DNA of 31,268 bases from a virus. Taxonomy: Duplodnaviria > Caudoviricetes. The stretch covers positions 1 through 31,268 of the IMG/VR virus record IMGVR_UViG_3300007735_000603; one strand, given 5' to 3'. The notes below the pieces were generated by a model that worked only from the letters and a program-made list of their open reading frames with translations, searched no databases and was not told where the DNA came from. Of this stretch, positions 7,754-16,071 are shown in pieces; the first letter of the stretch is position 1, and every line of letters starts with the position of its first letter. A program made the position numbers and the translations under genes.

Positions 7754-10051
7754 TTAAACGTTAATGTAACGACCAGAGGCAACAACAGTATCCTGTTGAA
7801 CGTATGGATCGTAGGTTGAGCAGTTGATTGTTGTTACTGTAGCCGGATCCTCTGTAGGTGCACCATTGAGGTAGGAGCCTCCCCGTATCAGTCCTGATTC
7901 AAACGAAGGTATATAGTTGATTAATGGCTCATCAAGCATAGCAAACTTAGTACCAAGAATGTATTCCGGCTGTAAATTTAAGAGCTTACTAATCATTGAA
8001 ATCATTCTTTGCGTACTATTCTGAAGAACGCCTTGATTATCCAATGTTCCTAGTTGATTCCGACGTATTGAATCAGTCATCAACATAACCAAGAGCTGCG
8101 GATCAAAGTTTGCAATATCCTCCGGAAGGTTCCGAGAACCTATAATTTCCTGAGTACCTACCCATTTTGAGCCTTGTTTTACAAGAGCCAATCGTTCCGC
8201 TGCTTTGCGTAGCTCTTTATTTTCTTTATCAAATGCAACGTAAAAAGTATCTAGATCATCACCAACCGGTTTATCACTAGGCTCCATAAGCCAAGATTTA
8301 ACATAATCGTGTTCCCTTAAATTCTCAACAACACAATAGCCACTTGTATTATTTGAAAAGGGATACACAATAACAAAACTATTGGAATCAATAACTTGTG
8401 TTATGGTGTACTGACCAGATATAGCACTACCACTTGTGAATTCAAGTTGAACTTTTGTGTTTGCTAATAACCCGTGATTCTCGGCTGTGATTGTAATATT
8501 TACATTAGTCTGTACATATCTAGCATTGATTGTAATTGGAGAATTGCCTTCGTCATGCTTCAAAGAAAATATAGCTGCATATATGTGCTTACACCAGCGA
8601 AGCTGATAGTACATTAAATTTGGAAATGAGGTATCAGATTTGTCTTTGTAATTAGGTAGTTGATAAAAATTATTAATTGTCACATAACCAAGGTCTCCAA
8701 AGACACCTACACTGTCTCGTTGGTCCGTGATTGTACCGTCTTTATTCAAATACTGACCTCCTTTAGTAGAGGTAATCGGAGTAACAGGAAACCTACGCTT
8801 CATTACTTCGTCGTATAGATTGTATCCATCCCTTCTTGTATAATCCTGACAAGTACATTGATACCTTATTTCAGTTGTTAAAAATCTTCCAACTTCAAAG
8901 CCACGTGGTGCCGGTACAACTGTTTCAGTCAAACTATTTGTTGTCTGAGCGCCGTAACTATCTGCTCGGTAAAAAACAATTTCATTTGTAGTAACATCCA
9001 CAGTTTTTACTGTGTAGCCAACATAATCGTCATACCTGAATCCTATAATTAACCGATTGACAGTTAAGTTTCCGCTTGTTAATCCGCTATCTATTGTTGT
9101 AATTGTAAACTGAGTTGTTGAAGTGACAGTAATAATGTATTGCCCAGAACTAATAAGACCACTGGAGACCGAAAGGTACACGGTATTACCAGTTGACAGA
9201 CCGTGATCAGAAGAACAGTTAACAGTAAGCAGTGATCCTGCTCTGCTGTAGGTTGATGAAATACCTGGGTCTTTTTCAATTACCCTGTCAACCAAGCGCT
9301 CATCAGTTAAAAAGCTTGAAGCAGTAGGAAGTGACCTTAAACGTACCCTAGTTTCGGTCCATCTAATGTCATTAAATACGGTTGAAAGTTGAATTTTTAC
9401 ATTGCCGCCAGTTGTCGCAGAAGCTACTGCTGTACATACAAATGAGTTCTGAGTTACCGACACAATTGGCAATGTTGCGTTAATGCCGGCACCAGAAGTA
9501 AAAATAAGGTATATATTTTCTCCTACAAAAAACCCATGGTTTTGTTTTGTAACTGTAATATTCGTACCAGATTGAGAGTAGGTTGCATTTATAACATCTC
9601 CAAGATAACGAACCGCAAGTATTGGCAAACCAAAGTTATAAAAATTTAATGAGTTAGCATCTCTAACTCCAACCAATTGATTTCCAAGTTCTTGGTTTGT
9701 TGTTGGGAAAGTAAAAACACGTAATGGTATAAAGACCCCTGGGAATTGCTGAAAAGAACAGTACATCCGGTAATCGCCACGGCGAGCACGTTCTTGTGCA
9801 AACGATCCTAAGACACTTTGAGTAATTGTGTATAGTTCATACCCACGACGCCACCTGGTCCACAAGGAGTCACGGTCATAGAAACGAATGCGGCTTTTAT
9901 ATTCTGCGTCTTTAGGAGTAAATTTAAAAGGGTTTTCATCTAAAAGAAAAGCCTGCAAATCTACCTTACCGGGATCATTAAAACCCTTAGACAAACCACC
10001 ATCAAAATTTTTTGATGATGACCCGTTAAATCCGTTGGATCCAAAGGGCAT
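7754..10051 (-). CDS. Large tail-associated protein with three ~66-aa 'NHG' beta modules and a split SWIM-like Zn motif
   Basis: 765 aa; three TYSxxG...HG[FL]xxG..V.L...SG modules; YQCTCQDY ...85 aa... WCKHIYAAI. Confidence 0.7.
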   Translation of the reverse strand: MPFGSNGFNGSSSKNFDGGLSKGFNDPGKVDLQAFLLDENPFKFTPKDAEYKSRIRFYDRDSLWTRWRRGYELYTITQSVLGSFAQERARRGDYRMYCSFQQFPGVFIPLRVFTFPTTNQELGNQLVGVRDANSLNFYNFGLPILAVRYLGDVINATYSQSGTNITVTKQNHGFFVGENIYLIFTSGAGINATLPIVSVTQNSFVCTAVASATTGGNVKIQLSTVFNDIRWTETRVRLRSLPTASSFLTDERLVDRVIEKDPGISSTYSRAGSLLTVNCSSDHGLSTGNTVYLSVSSGLISSGQYIITVTSTTQFTITTIDSGLTSGNLTVNRLIIGFRYDDYVGYTVKTVDVTTNEIVFYRADSYGAQTTNSLTETVVPAPRGFEVGRFLTTEIRYQCTCQDYTRRDGYNLYDEVMKRRFPVTPITSTKGGQYLNKDGTITDQRDSVGVFGDLGYVTINNFYQLPNYKDKSDTSFPNLMYYQLRWCKHIYAAIFSLKHDEGNSPITINARYVQTNVNITITAENHGLLANTKVQLEFTSGSAISGQYTITQVIDSNSFVIVYPFSNNTSGYCVVENLREHDYVKSWLMEPSDKPVGDDLDTFYVAFDKENKELRKAAERLALVKQGSKWVGTQEIIGSRNLPEDIANFDPQLLVMLMTDSIRRNQLGTLDNQGVLQNSTQRMISMISKLLNLQPEYILGTKFAMLDEPLINYIPSFESGLIRGGSYLNGAPTEDPATVTTINCSTYDPYVQQDTVVASGRYINV

Positions 10052-10059
10052 TGTTAACT

Positions 10060-10833
10060 TTAGTAATAACCAGCTTGTACATTGCAGTAGAAGCCATTGG
10101 TTAAAGAAGTGGTTCCGCTAACAGAAACATACAAGGCTTGACCACGTTGCAGCATTAGACCGCGCATTTTGGGCGACACAGTGCTATTGGTGCTGGTAAA
10201 GTTTGCACCGGCTTGGGGAACTGGATGGTTAATATAAGGCAAAACAAGATTTGTGGTGAGACTGTACTCAACATTTTCATAAGTCGCTGGCACACTGGCA
10301 ACAAATAAAGGATAAAACTGATTTGTATTTGTAATAGTGCCAGAGCTTACAAGGTAAAAACCAAAGTCAATTGGCTGGTAAACACTAACGTTTCCGCTAG
10401 TAGTAAGGGATCCTGCGCTTGTTACTGTAAATGTAGTTGAAGTTACGGCTGTAACTACTGCAACTTCATCAACTGCTGTGCCACTGGTATAATCCAAGCC
10501 AACCTTTTGGCCAACGCGGAGATTATGATTAGCCAGAGTGACGACTACGGACGTTGTCCCACCTTGAGAGTAGGTACCAGCGCCGGCTGATTGTGCATCG
10601 ATAAAGGTGTTACTGTTTTTTGTATAGCGAAACCAGATCTCATCAATATATGCACCACTAATTGAAGTATCTGTTTGTGCAGAATCGCAGTCAAATACTT
10701 TTGTACAGTTACCAACAGCCGTTGGGATCAAGCTTGTAGAAAACAACTGACCAGATGCTACGGTGATAAGCGTGCTTAAGTTAGCAGGCCTGTCAATCAG
10801 CATAGGCTGCTTATTTGAGGAGGAGGATGCCAA
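10060..10833 (-). CDS. Virion structural protein with one 'NHG'-type beta module (TTG start)
   Basis: 257 aa, beta-rich; TACAAT box 26 nt upstream of the TTG supports this start. Confidence 0.7.
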   Translation of the reverse strand: MASSSSNKQPMLIDRPANLSTLITVASGQLFSTSLIPTAVGNCTKVFDCDSAQTDTSISGAYIDEIWFRYTKNSNTFIDAQSAGAGTYSQGGTTSVVVTLANHNLRVGQKVGLDYTSGTAVDEVAVVTAVTSTTFTVTSAGSLTTSGNVSVYQPIDFGFYLVSSGTITNTNQFYPLFVASVPATYENVEYSLTTNLVLPYINHPVPQAGANFTSTNSTVSPKMRGLMLQRGQALYVSVSGTTSLTNGFYCNVQAGYY

Positions 10834-10876
10834 GGCTCTATTTGATTACTGTTGGTTTAATTGTAGCGTAGTTGCA

Positions 10877-11041
10877 TCAAATGCTGTTGTGCCTGTCGTT
10901 AGTTAGATTTTTTTCAAGTTTTTTTAGTTGTTTCTGACGTTCTTTTTCTTTTAGCCACATCTCAAAAAATTTAATCTCAGCTTCACTAAAAAACTCAGGT
11001 TGATTTAGTGCATTAAGAACTAACTTTTTTGTTTTTCCCAT
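10877..11041 (-). CDS. Small basic/helical protein, 54 aa (absent from ORF track)
   Basis: Manual translation MGKTKKLVLNALNQPEFFSEAEIKFFEMWLKEKERQKQLKKLEKNLTNDRHNSI; GGAG SD 6 nt before ATG; fills the apparent gap 10834-11012. Confidence 0.7.
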   Translation of the reverse strand: MGKTKKLVLNALNQPEFFSEAEIKFFEMWLKEKERQKQLKKLEKNLTNDRHNSI

Positions 11042-11219
11042 GGGTGGCTCCGTTTTTCTCCTCTATTTTAGCTCGCGCTTTGCTCAGGGCTTCCTTGCGA
11101 CGCTCCTTATCACCTTCTTTTCGCTCTTCAGAGGTAGTCTCCTTAGACTCACTGCCGCCTTCTGCTTTCTTTTTGAAATGTGCCAACAACTGAGGAGGCA
11201 TGCGGTTTTTATCGGACAT
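11013..11219 (-). CDS. Small Lys/Glu-rich hypothetical protein
   Basis: 68 aa, MPPQLLAHFKKK..., tightly coupled to neighbouring genes. Confidence 0.7.
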   Translation of the reverse strand: MSDKNRMPPQLLAHFKKKAEGGSESKETTSEERKEGDKERRKEALSKARAKIEEKNGATHGKNKKVSS

Positions 11220-11221
11220 TG

Positions 11222-11551
11222 TTACTGAGGAATCTCGGGGGTTCTAAGTTCGGCGCTTCCTACGTCAAGACGTTTGAAAACAGGAGGAAGGCCAGTACCT
11301 TGCTTTACATCATAGTTTAAAGCATCCAATACGTCACCGGCCATACGTTGGCGGAGTTGCCCTCGTGGTTTAGCTGAAACGTATGCACCTTTTGATGGTT
11401 CGTCAAAAGGCATTTGATCTAAGCGTACTCCAAGGGTGTAACCGAGACCTGCTTGTGGCTTATTGGCTGGCTGATCTTGAGGCTGTCTTTGATGGTCGCC
11501 TGGATGCCTAGGAAGACGTTTTCTTACGTTACGTTGTCCGTGTATACTCAT
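11222..11551 (-). CDS. Hypothetical protein with basic N-terminus and RMAGD motif
   Basis: 109 aa, 2-nt gaps to both neighbours. Confidence 0.7.
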   Translation of the reverse strand: MSIHGQRNVRKRLPRHPGDHQRQPQDQPANKPQAGLGYTLGVRLDQMPFDEPSKGAYVSAKPRGQLRQRMAGDVLDALNYDVKQGTGLPPVFKRLDVGSAELRTPEIPQ

Positions 11552-11553
11552 TG

Positions 11554-12483
11554 TTAATACAAGATTTGATTTTGTTGATCTTGGTTATTTTTTTTCTTGC
11601 TCTCTGCTTTAGAAAACAATGCTTTGGTTGCTTTTTTTAAACCGTACGCAGCAACACTAGATGCAACTGGTGCCAAGGTAGTACCAACTAAGTAGTTGCC
11701 GACCTGTGCCAAACCTCTACCATATGTAGGGGTTGTTCCTGCGTGCTTCATGATGTTTAATCCACGTTTTGTAGCGGTGATTTCAGATCCAAGTAACGAT
11801 GCATTTAAGGATACACCAGATAAAATACCAGCACCAATTGCTTGAGGCAAAGAGTCGCTGTATAGACCACCTAATGCTGCTCCATAAACAGATGCTTTGT
11901 TTCTTGATGCTCGATTAAAGTCACGATTCTGAGAGTCGTACAAGTTATGTATTTTTCCGCCTAAGGTAGTAGAATTTTGCATTTGCGCAGAAGCATGACC
12001 CAACTCGTGCGCTACAGTAAATAAATCTGAATTGGGACCCAGTCCTACCAGTACTTGTTCAACATTTCCCGTATTTTTATTTCTACGTGTAGCAGCAAAT
12101 CCTCCGGCACGTTCTAGCGCAGTTGCAAATTGAACTTGAGAAGTTTTGTCTACTTTTGGGTATAATTTTGCTGCAGTATTTGCGTAATTTGTTAAAACAG
12201 GATTTGTTATATCTTGTACCGAGATTGGGGGATTATTTTTTCCCATGGTAATATTAAAAGGGCTATTAATTTTTTTTGTTTGCGGACTCGAAATTATCGC
12301 TTCACTTGGATCAGAAGTCTTAAGCGCAGGGTAAAGATAATCCCTGTATAGTTGATTAATATTTTTTCTTTGGTTGTTCAAGAGTACGCCAGAACCAGCA
12401 ATCGTGGCTCCAGCAAGAAACTCTGACACCCTTTCCTTCAAAGGTTTTTTTTGTTTCTGTTCTTGCTCTAGTTCTTGTTCCAT
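11554..12483 (-). CDS. HExxH zinc metallopeptidase (gluzincin-like) with hydrophobic segments
   Basis: VAHELGH at 11995-12009, downstream SEITATKRGL (candidate third-ligand Glu), and Gly/Ala-rich hydrophobic helices between and after; layout resembles Zn_peptidase_2-type enzymes. Confidence 0.7.
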   Translation of the reverse strand: MEQELEQEQKQKKPLKERVSEFLAGATIAGSGVLLNNQRKNINQLYRDYLYPALKTSDPSEAIISSPQTKKINSPFNITMGKNNPPISVQDITNPVLTNYANTAAKLYPKVDKTSQVQFATALERAGGFAATRRNKNTGNVEQVLVGLGPNSDLFTVAHELGHASAQMQNSTTLGGKIHNLYDSQNRDFNRASRNKASVYGAALGGLYSDSLPQAIGAGILSGVSLNASLLGSEITATKRGLNIMKHAGTTPTYGRGLAQVGNYLVGTTLAPVASSVAAYGLKKATKALFSKAESKKKNNQDQQNQILY

Positions 12484-12488
12484 TTTTT

Positions 12489-12800
12489 TTAATTACTTAT
12501 AAATTGAGTATAATTCCCATACAAGTTATTTTGTGTAGAATTTCTAGCCAGGTCTACGGGAGGAATAGGATCTGAGTGTGATCGAGAAACCTCTTTCATA
12601 TACGCTGGATTGTTTAACTGAAACTGAGGCTTTTCAATACCATTGTATGCAACAACGTATGGACAGTGCATTGTTTTATCTGTACGTTTCATGTTAAATG
12701 GGTCACTAAAACCTGCCGTCGTAATGCTTCCATCACCGTACAAGTTCCCGTATGTGACTGGAAAGCTTGGAGCATAACCAGGAACCTGAGCAAATCTCAT
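12489..12800 (-). CDS. Hypothetical protein
   Basis: 103 aa, TAATG translational coupling to the upstream gene. Confidence 0.7.
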   Translation of the reverse strand: MRFAQVPGYAPSFPVTYGNLYGDGSITTAGFSDPFNMKRTDKTMHCPYVVAYNGIEKPQFQLNNPAYMKEVSRSHSDPIPPVDLARNSTQNNLYGNYTQFISN

Positions 12801-13489
12801 TATACTAGATAGTTAGGTTGCGCGTTAAAAATTTCAACACTATATTTATCAAATAAAGCTTGCATAGGGTTAAAAGAAGTTTTTGGAGCTAAGACGTTAC
12901 TTGATAAAGCTTTTGTTATGTAGTCTTTTGTTATGTAGTTAGTTAAAAAATCTTCACTTCTATTAGAAGATGATACGTCATTAGGAGTACCTGGGATTAG
13001 AACAAAAGTATTACCAGTATTTTGATTTTGTATTGGTTGATTTTTCTGCGCTTGCTGTTGTGTTGGTATAGTTGGAGCTTGACCTGGTATTACGTCAGTA
13101 AGCTTACCTTCCGGTGTTTTGTATCGACCGGTAGCAAGCCATTCTAATTGTTGGTCCGATAAGGGAGCTTTGCCTGGTAATGCTAAATGAACGTGTGTGT
13201 CATGACCCTTGTCTCCTGGCCCAAACGTCTCAGCAAAAGTTCCAAGCTTCTTAGCTCTCCAAGCTAGTTCTCCTGTGCGTTGTTTCCAACTTTTTGGTGT
13301 TCCTCCTTCGTAAGCTGGCGCCATATCAGGACGCCAGTCTGTTACGTCTATTGCTTCTCCACCCGGTGCGTAGTGATAAGAGCCTTCAGCGTGGACATTA
13401 GAAACGCCACCAAATGCAGGATTTTCTCCTACCTTCAGACCGTATTTTTGAAGAAATCTACCTACGTCAACAATAGATCTGTCAGCCAT
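12800..13489 (-). CDS. LAS/M15-like peptidoglycan metallopeptidase with C-terminal low-complexity tail
   Basis: GSYHYAPGGEAIDV (H...D ligands) and GHDTHVHL (HxH) match the Hedgehog/DD-peptidase (M15) pattern. Confidence 0.7.
   Translation of the reverse strand: MADRSIVDVGRFLQKYGLKVGENPAFGGVSNVHAEGSYHYAPGGEAIDVTDWRPDMAPAYEGGTPKSWKQRTGELAWRAKKLGTFAETFGPGDKGHDTHVHLALPGKAPLSDQQLEWLATGRYKTPEGKLTDVIPGQAPTIPTQQQAQKNQPIQNQNTGNTFVLIPGTPNDVSSSNRSEDFLTNYITKDYITKALSSNVLAPKTSFNPMQALFDKYSVEIFNAQPNYLV
12910..12939. repeat. Perfect 15-bp tandem duplication (YITKD/YITKA)
   Basis: cttttgttatgtagt x2. Confidence 0.85.
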
Positions 13490-13494
13490 GATAT

Positions 13495-14238
13495 TTAAGT
13501 TAAGTAATTTGGTTGAGCACTAAAAATCTTTTCCATTTGCTTTTGCATTTGAGATATGTATGGATCTACCTGAGGAGCCTGTGTATACGGAGACTCAGAA
13601 GAAGATAAACCGCGATCCAAAATAAATTGTTTTAAATTTGACAGAACATCTGTTGGCGCCTTGTCTCCAGTATAAACAATAAAAGTATTTCCACCTTGAG
13701 GAGAAGTCTGCTGGGATTGATTTGAGCTTGTGCCTTGCGGAGATTGATTTGAGCTTGTGCCTTGCGGAGTAGGACTTCCAGCTCCTTTCAATAGACGATC
13801 AGATAAACTTTTAGCTAAACCAGGATTAGTTTGAAAGTAGAAGTTACCTTTAGGGTCAAACATAACGTCGCCCTTTTGTTTATTGCCAAGCAAGCTTTGA
13901 CCACGAAACTGCTCAGCACCTTGCCCAGTTTGAAACGCCTGCACCATCTGTGAAGGATTCTCAAACATTTGTTCAATTTGTTTATACCTGGCACCATGAA
14001 CCTTGCTTCCGTAAGCAGGATCCATTACTTGTGCACGTGAATAAGGATCGTTAGCAACAAATTGTTGAGGTGCTTTTACAAGGTCAGCAATATTTCCTCC
14101 GCTTTTAAATTTTCGAGTTAAGATTGTTTGTAAGACACCTAAAGGATCTCTTCCAGGACCGGCCTCTCCAGAGGCAGTAAAAAGTGCGGCGGCCTTTTCT
14201 TGTGGCGTTAAACCTAAAATTTGACTTGTGGTAGGCAT
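13495..14238 (-). CDS. SleB/Hydrolase_2-like cell-wall hydrolase (start revised to ATG 14238, 247 aa)
   Basis: TASGEAG...GVLQTILTR...IADLVKAPQQF resembles the SleB catalytic-Glu motif. AAGGAG SD overlaps the upstream stop 9 nt before ATG 14238; the track's start at 14388 lies inside the upstream gene. Confidence 0.65.
   Translation of the reverse strand: MPTTSQILGLTPQEKAAALFTASGEAGPGRDPLGVLQTILTRKFKSGGNIADLVKAPQQFVANDPYSRAQVMDPAYGSKVHGARYKQIEQMFENPSQMVQAFQTGQGAEQFRGQSLLGNKQKGDVMFDPKGNFYFQTNPGLAKSLSDRLLKGAGSPTPQGTSSNQSPQGTSSNQSQQTSPQGGNTFIVYTGDKAPTDVLSNLKQFILDRGLSSSESPYTQAPQVDPYISQMQKQMEKIFSAQPNYLT
13715..13768. repeat. Perfect 27-bp tandem duplication (PQGTSSNQS x2) in linker
   Basis: gattgatttgagcttgtgccttgcgga x2. 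Confidence 0.9.
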
Positions 14239-14251
14239 ATCGTTAATCTCC

Positions 14252-14734
14252 TTAGCGGAAACTATTTGAAAGCATGAGCCTAGTGCCAACGGCAACGTCA
14301 GCAGGGCCCGGAAGTGCCTGAATAAATTCGGCGCCTTCTCGATTAAACCTATACCGAGCCTGTTCAGGGTTTCGGTAATTTGGAACATAAAGATGTAAAG
14401 CTAATCGATCCGTCTCGTATATATAAATTGTCGTCCAAGTTTTAAGCGTTTCTTTAAAATCAGAAGTTGCAATCGTACGATCTACGTCACCTGCAATGCT
14501 TTCAATACGATTACGCGGAACAGTATTGTTGTTAACGCTACCAGTCATGTCAGTGCGTTTCTCTGCTTGGTCGCACCGACCGATCTGTTCGACAATTTTT
14601 GAATACCAGAACGAATCCGGAATGTTGTTGACAGCTTCCTCAAGACGGGCCTGGTCACCGGCAGGGACACTTGTAGTGTTGTATCCTAAATGCCAGCGAA
14701 CTTTTGACTTGAGGAAACTATCGAGTTGCATCAC
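14252..14734 (-). CDS. Putative head-completion/head-tail adaptor protein
   Basis: 160 aa; KSKVRWHLGY N-terminus, helical; positioned downstream of the capsid genes. Function inferred from position. Confidence 0.55.
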   Translation of the reverse strand: MMQLDSFLKSKVRWHLGYNTTSVPAGDQARLEEAVNNIPDSFWYSKIVEQIGRCDQAEKRTDMTGSVNNNTVPRNRIESIAGDVDRTIATSDFKETLKTWTTIYIYETDRLALHLYVPNYRNPEQARYRFNREGAEFIQALPGPADVAVGTRLMLSNSFR

Positions 14735-15171
14735 TCAACACGGATAAGATTTTCTTTAAGAATTTCATCCCAGTCAACTCGTTTGATAGATTTGAGTTGT
14801 TCTAGTTTGACAAACTTTTCTCCAGACATTGAAGATTGAAGATCTTTAATGTCTCTTGCTGTTTTTAATCCTACACCCGGTAATGCGTCGGCAATTTGCC
14901 TTGCACTAGCAGTATTGATATTAATTCGAATATCAACTGGAAATGTTTCCCTGTTAGTTACTTTTGCAGGCTTGATACCTTCTTCTTCAAGCTGTGCTAC
15001 AAGGCGCTCTTCTGTACGAATTTTTTCATTGGTGGCGTCAAGATGAGGAGTTAAGTCCGCTTCTTCTACGTACCAAACCTCATCTTGAGAATCCACACAC
15101 ATGAGGATACCTTCCCCATGTTGAGAAACAACTTCAAGAAGAGAGCCGGTGGGCTTGTATTGATACAGCAT
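14731..15171 (-). CDS. Helix-hairpin-helix (ComEA-like) DNA-binding protein with N-terminal beta domain
   Basis: ININTASARQIADALPGVGLKTARDI...FVKLEQLKSIKRV is the ComEA/HHH_3 signature. Confidence 0.8.
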   Translation of the reverse strand: MLYQYKPTGSLLEVVSQHGEGILMCVDSQDEVWYVEEADLTPHLDATNEKIRTEERLVAQLEEEGIKPAKVTNRETFPVDIRININTASARQIADALPGVGLKTARDIKDLQSSMSGEKFVKLEQLKSIKRVDWDEILKENLIRVE

Positions 15172-15230
15172 TCGAGAAATGAAATGACAGATACCACTAC
15201 AATACCCACCTTAACCCTTATTGACTAGTA

Positions 15231-16052
15231 TCAGTTGTCGTTGCCGCCAACTTGAGACGCAAAGTCAATGAAGCCCTGGATATCATTCCAGGAAACAGCC
15301 GCAGCAGGACGAATGTAGTTTACGCGGCACACAAGGTAACCGGCTTGACCAGCGTCAGAAGCAGCTTGGCTAATGAACACGCCGGCACCATTAACGGTGG
15401 TAGCGGTTACACCAGTGGTGTTGAACACTTTAAACGTGGTGTCGGAAGTAACCTTGTAGAACATAGAGTTCGCAAGGTCGGCCGCCACAATACCGCCAGT
15501 GGTTACAGAAGTCGGGAACGGAATAATACCAGCAGTACCACCGCCTGACACAGCACCGGCGCCTTGGGCAAACAAGCTTGAGGCAGCGGTTAGGTAAGAG
15601 GTAGCGGCAGCTAGACCGTTGGCCTGAGTGCTAGGGATGCCGTAAGGAACGCCACCATTGTTAGGCCCCAGAAGCAGAATTTCTGTAGAGGTGCCACCAA
15701 TGTCAGCAGTCACAGGATCGGCAGGGAAGCCAATCGTAGTAGGGTCCTGAGCAACGGCGATAGAAGCACCGTAAACGTAAGCAGGACGCTGCGTGCTTGC
15801 GTTAACCACCAGTGAAGTGCGGTTATCACGTACGCGATCATCAGGGCGACGATCAGGTGAAGGCACGGTGATGTCAAAGCTCTTGTAGCTAGCCTTATCG
15901 GCAGTCAAGTTGCTAATTTTGACATAACCGACCATTTCAAAAGCTTCAATACCTGGCCAGGCATATACACCTTCAGTATTGAAGGATGAGAGGCGATTGA
16001 CTTGGGCGCCGGGCTGGAGAATGTTACCAGCGTTTGACTTGTAGGTTGCCAT
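15231..16052 (-). CDS. Abundant capsid-associated structural protein (decoration/minor capsid candidate)
   Basis: 273 aa directly after the MCP, strong GGAGGT SD, beta-rich Ala/Gly/Thr composition. Confidence 0.6.
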   Translation of the reverse strand: MATYKSNAGNILQPGAQVNRLSSFNTEGVYAWPGIEAFEMVGYVKISNLTADKASYKSFDITVPSPDRRPDDRVRDNRTSLVVNASTQRPAYVYGASIAVAQDPTTIGFPADPVTADIGGTSTEILLLGPNNGGVPYGIPSTQANGLAAATSYLTAASSLFAQGAGAVSGGGTAGIIPFPTSVTTGGIVAADLANSMFYKVTSDTTFKVFNTTGVTATTVNGAGVFISQAASDAGQAGYLVCRVNYIRPAAAVSWNDIQGFIDFASQVGGNDN

Positions 16053-16071
16053 TTTTAGTTACCTCCTATCC

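Noticed and set aside
14239-14388. N-terminal 50 aa of the 297-aa track ORF, with a signal-peptide-like stretch
   Set aside because: It lies inside the upstream gene; ATG 14238 has a good AAGGAG SD, so the extension is probably not translated.
14731-15171. PsbU (photosystem II) auxiliary gene
   Set aside because: No signal peptide, and the context is head assembly; a generic ComEA-like HhH call fits better.
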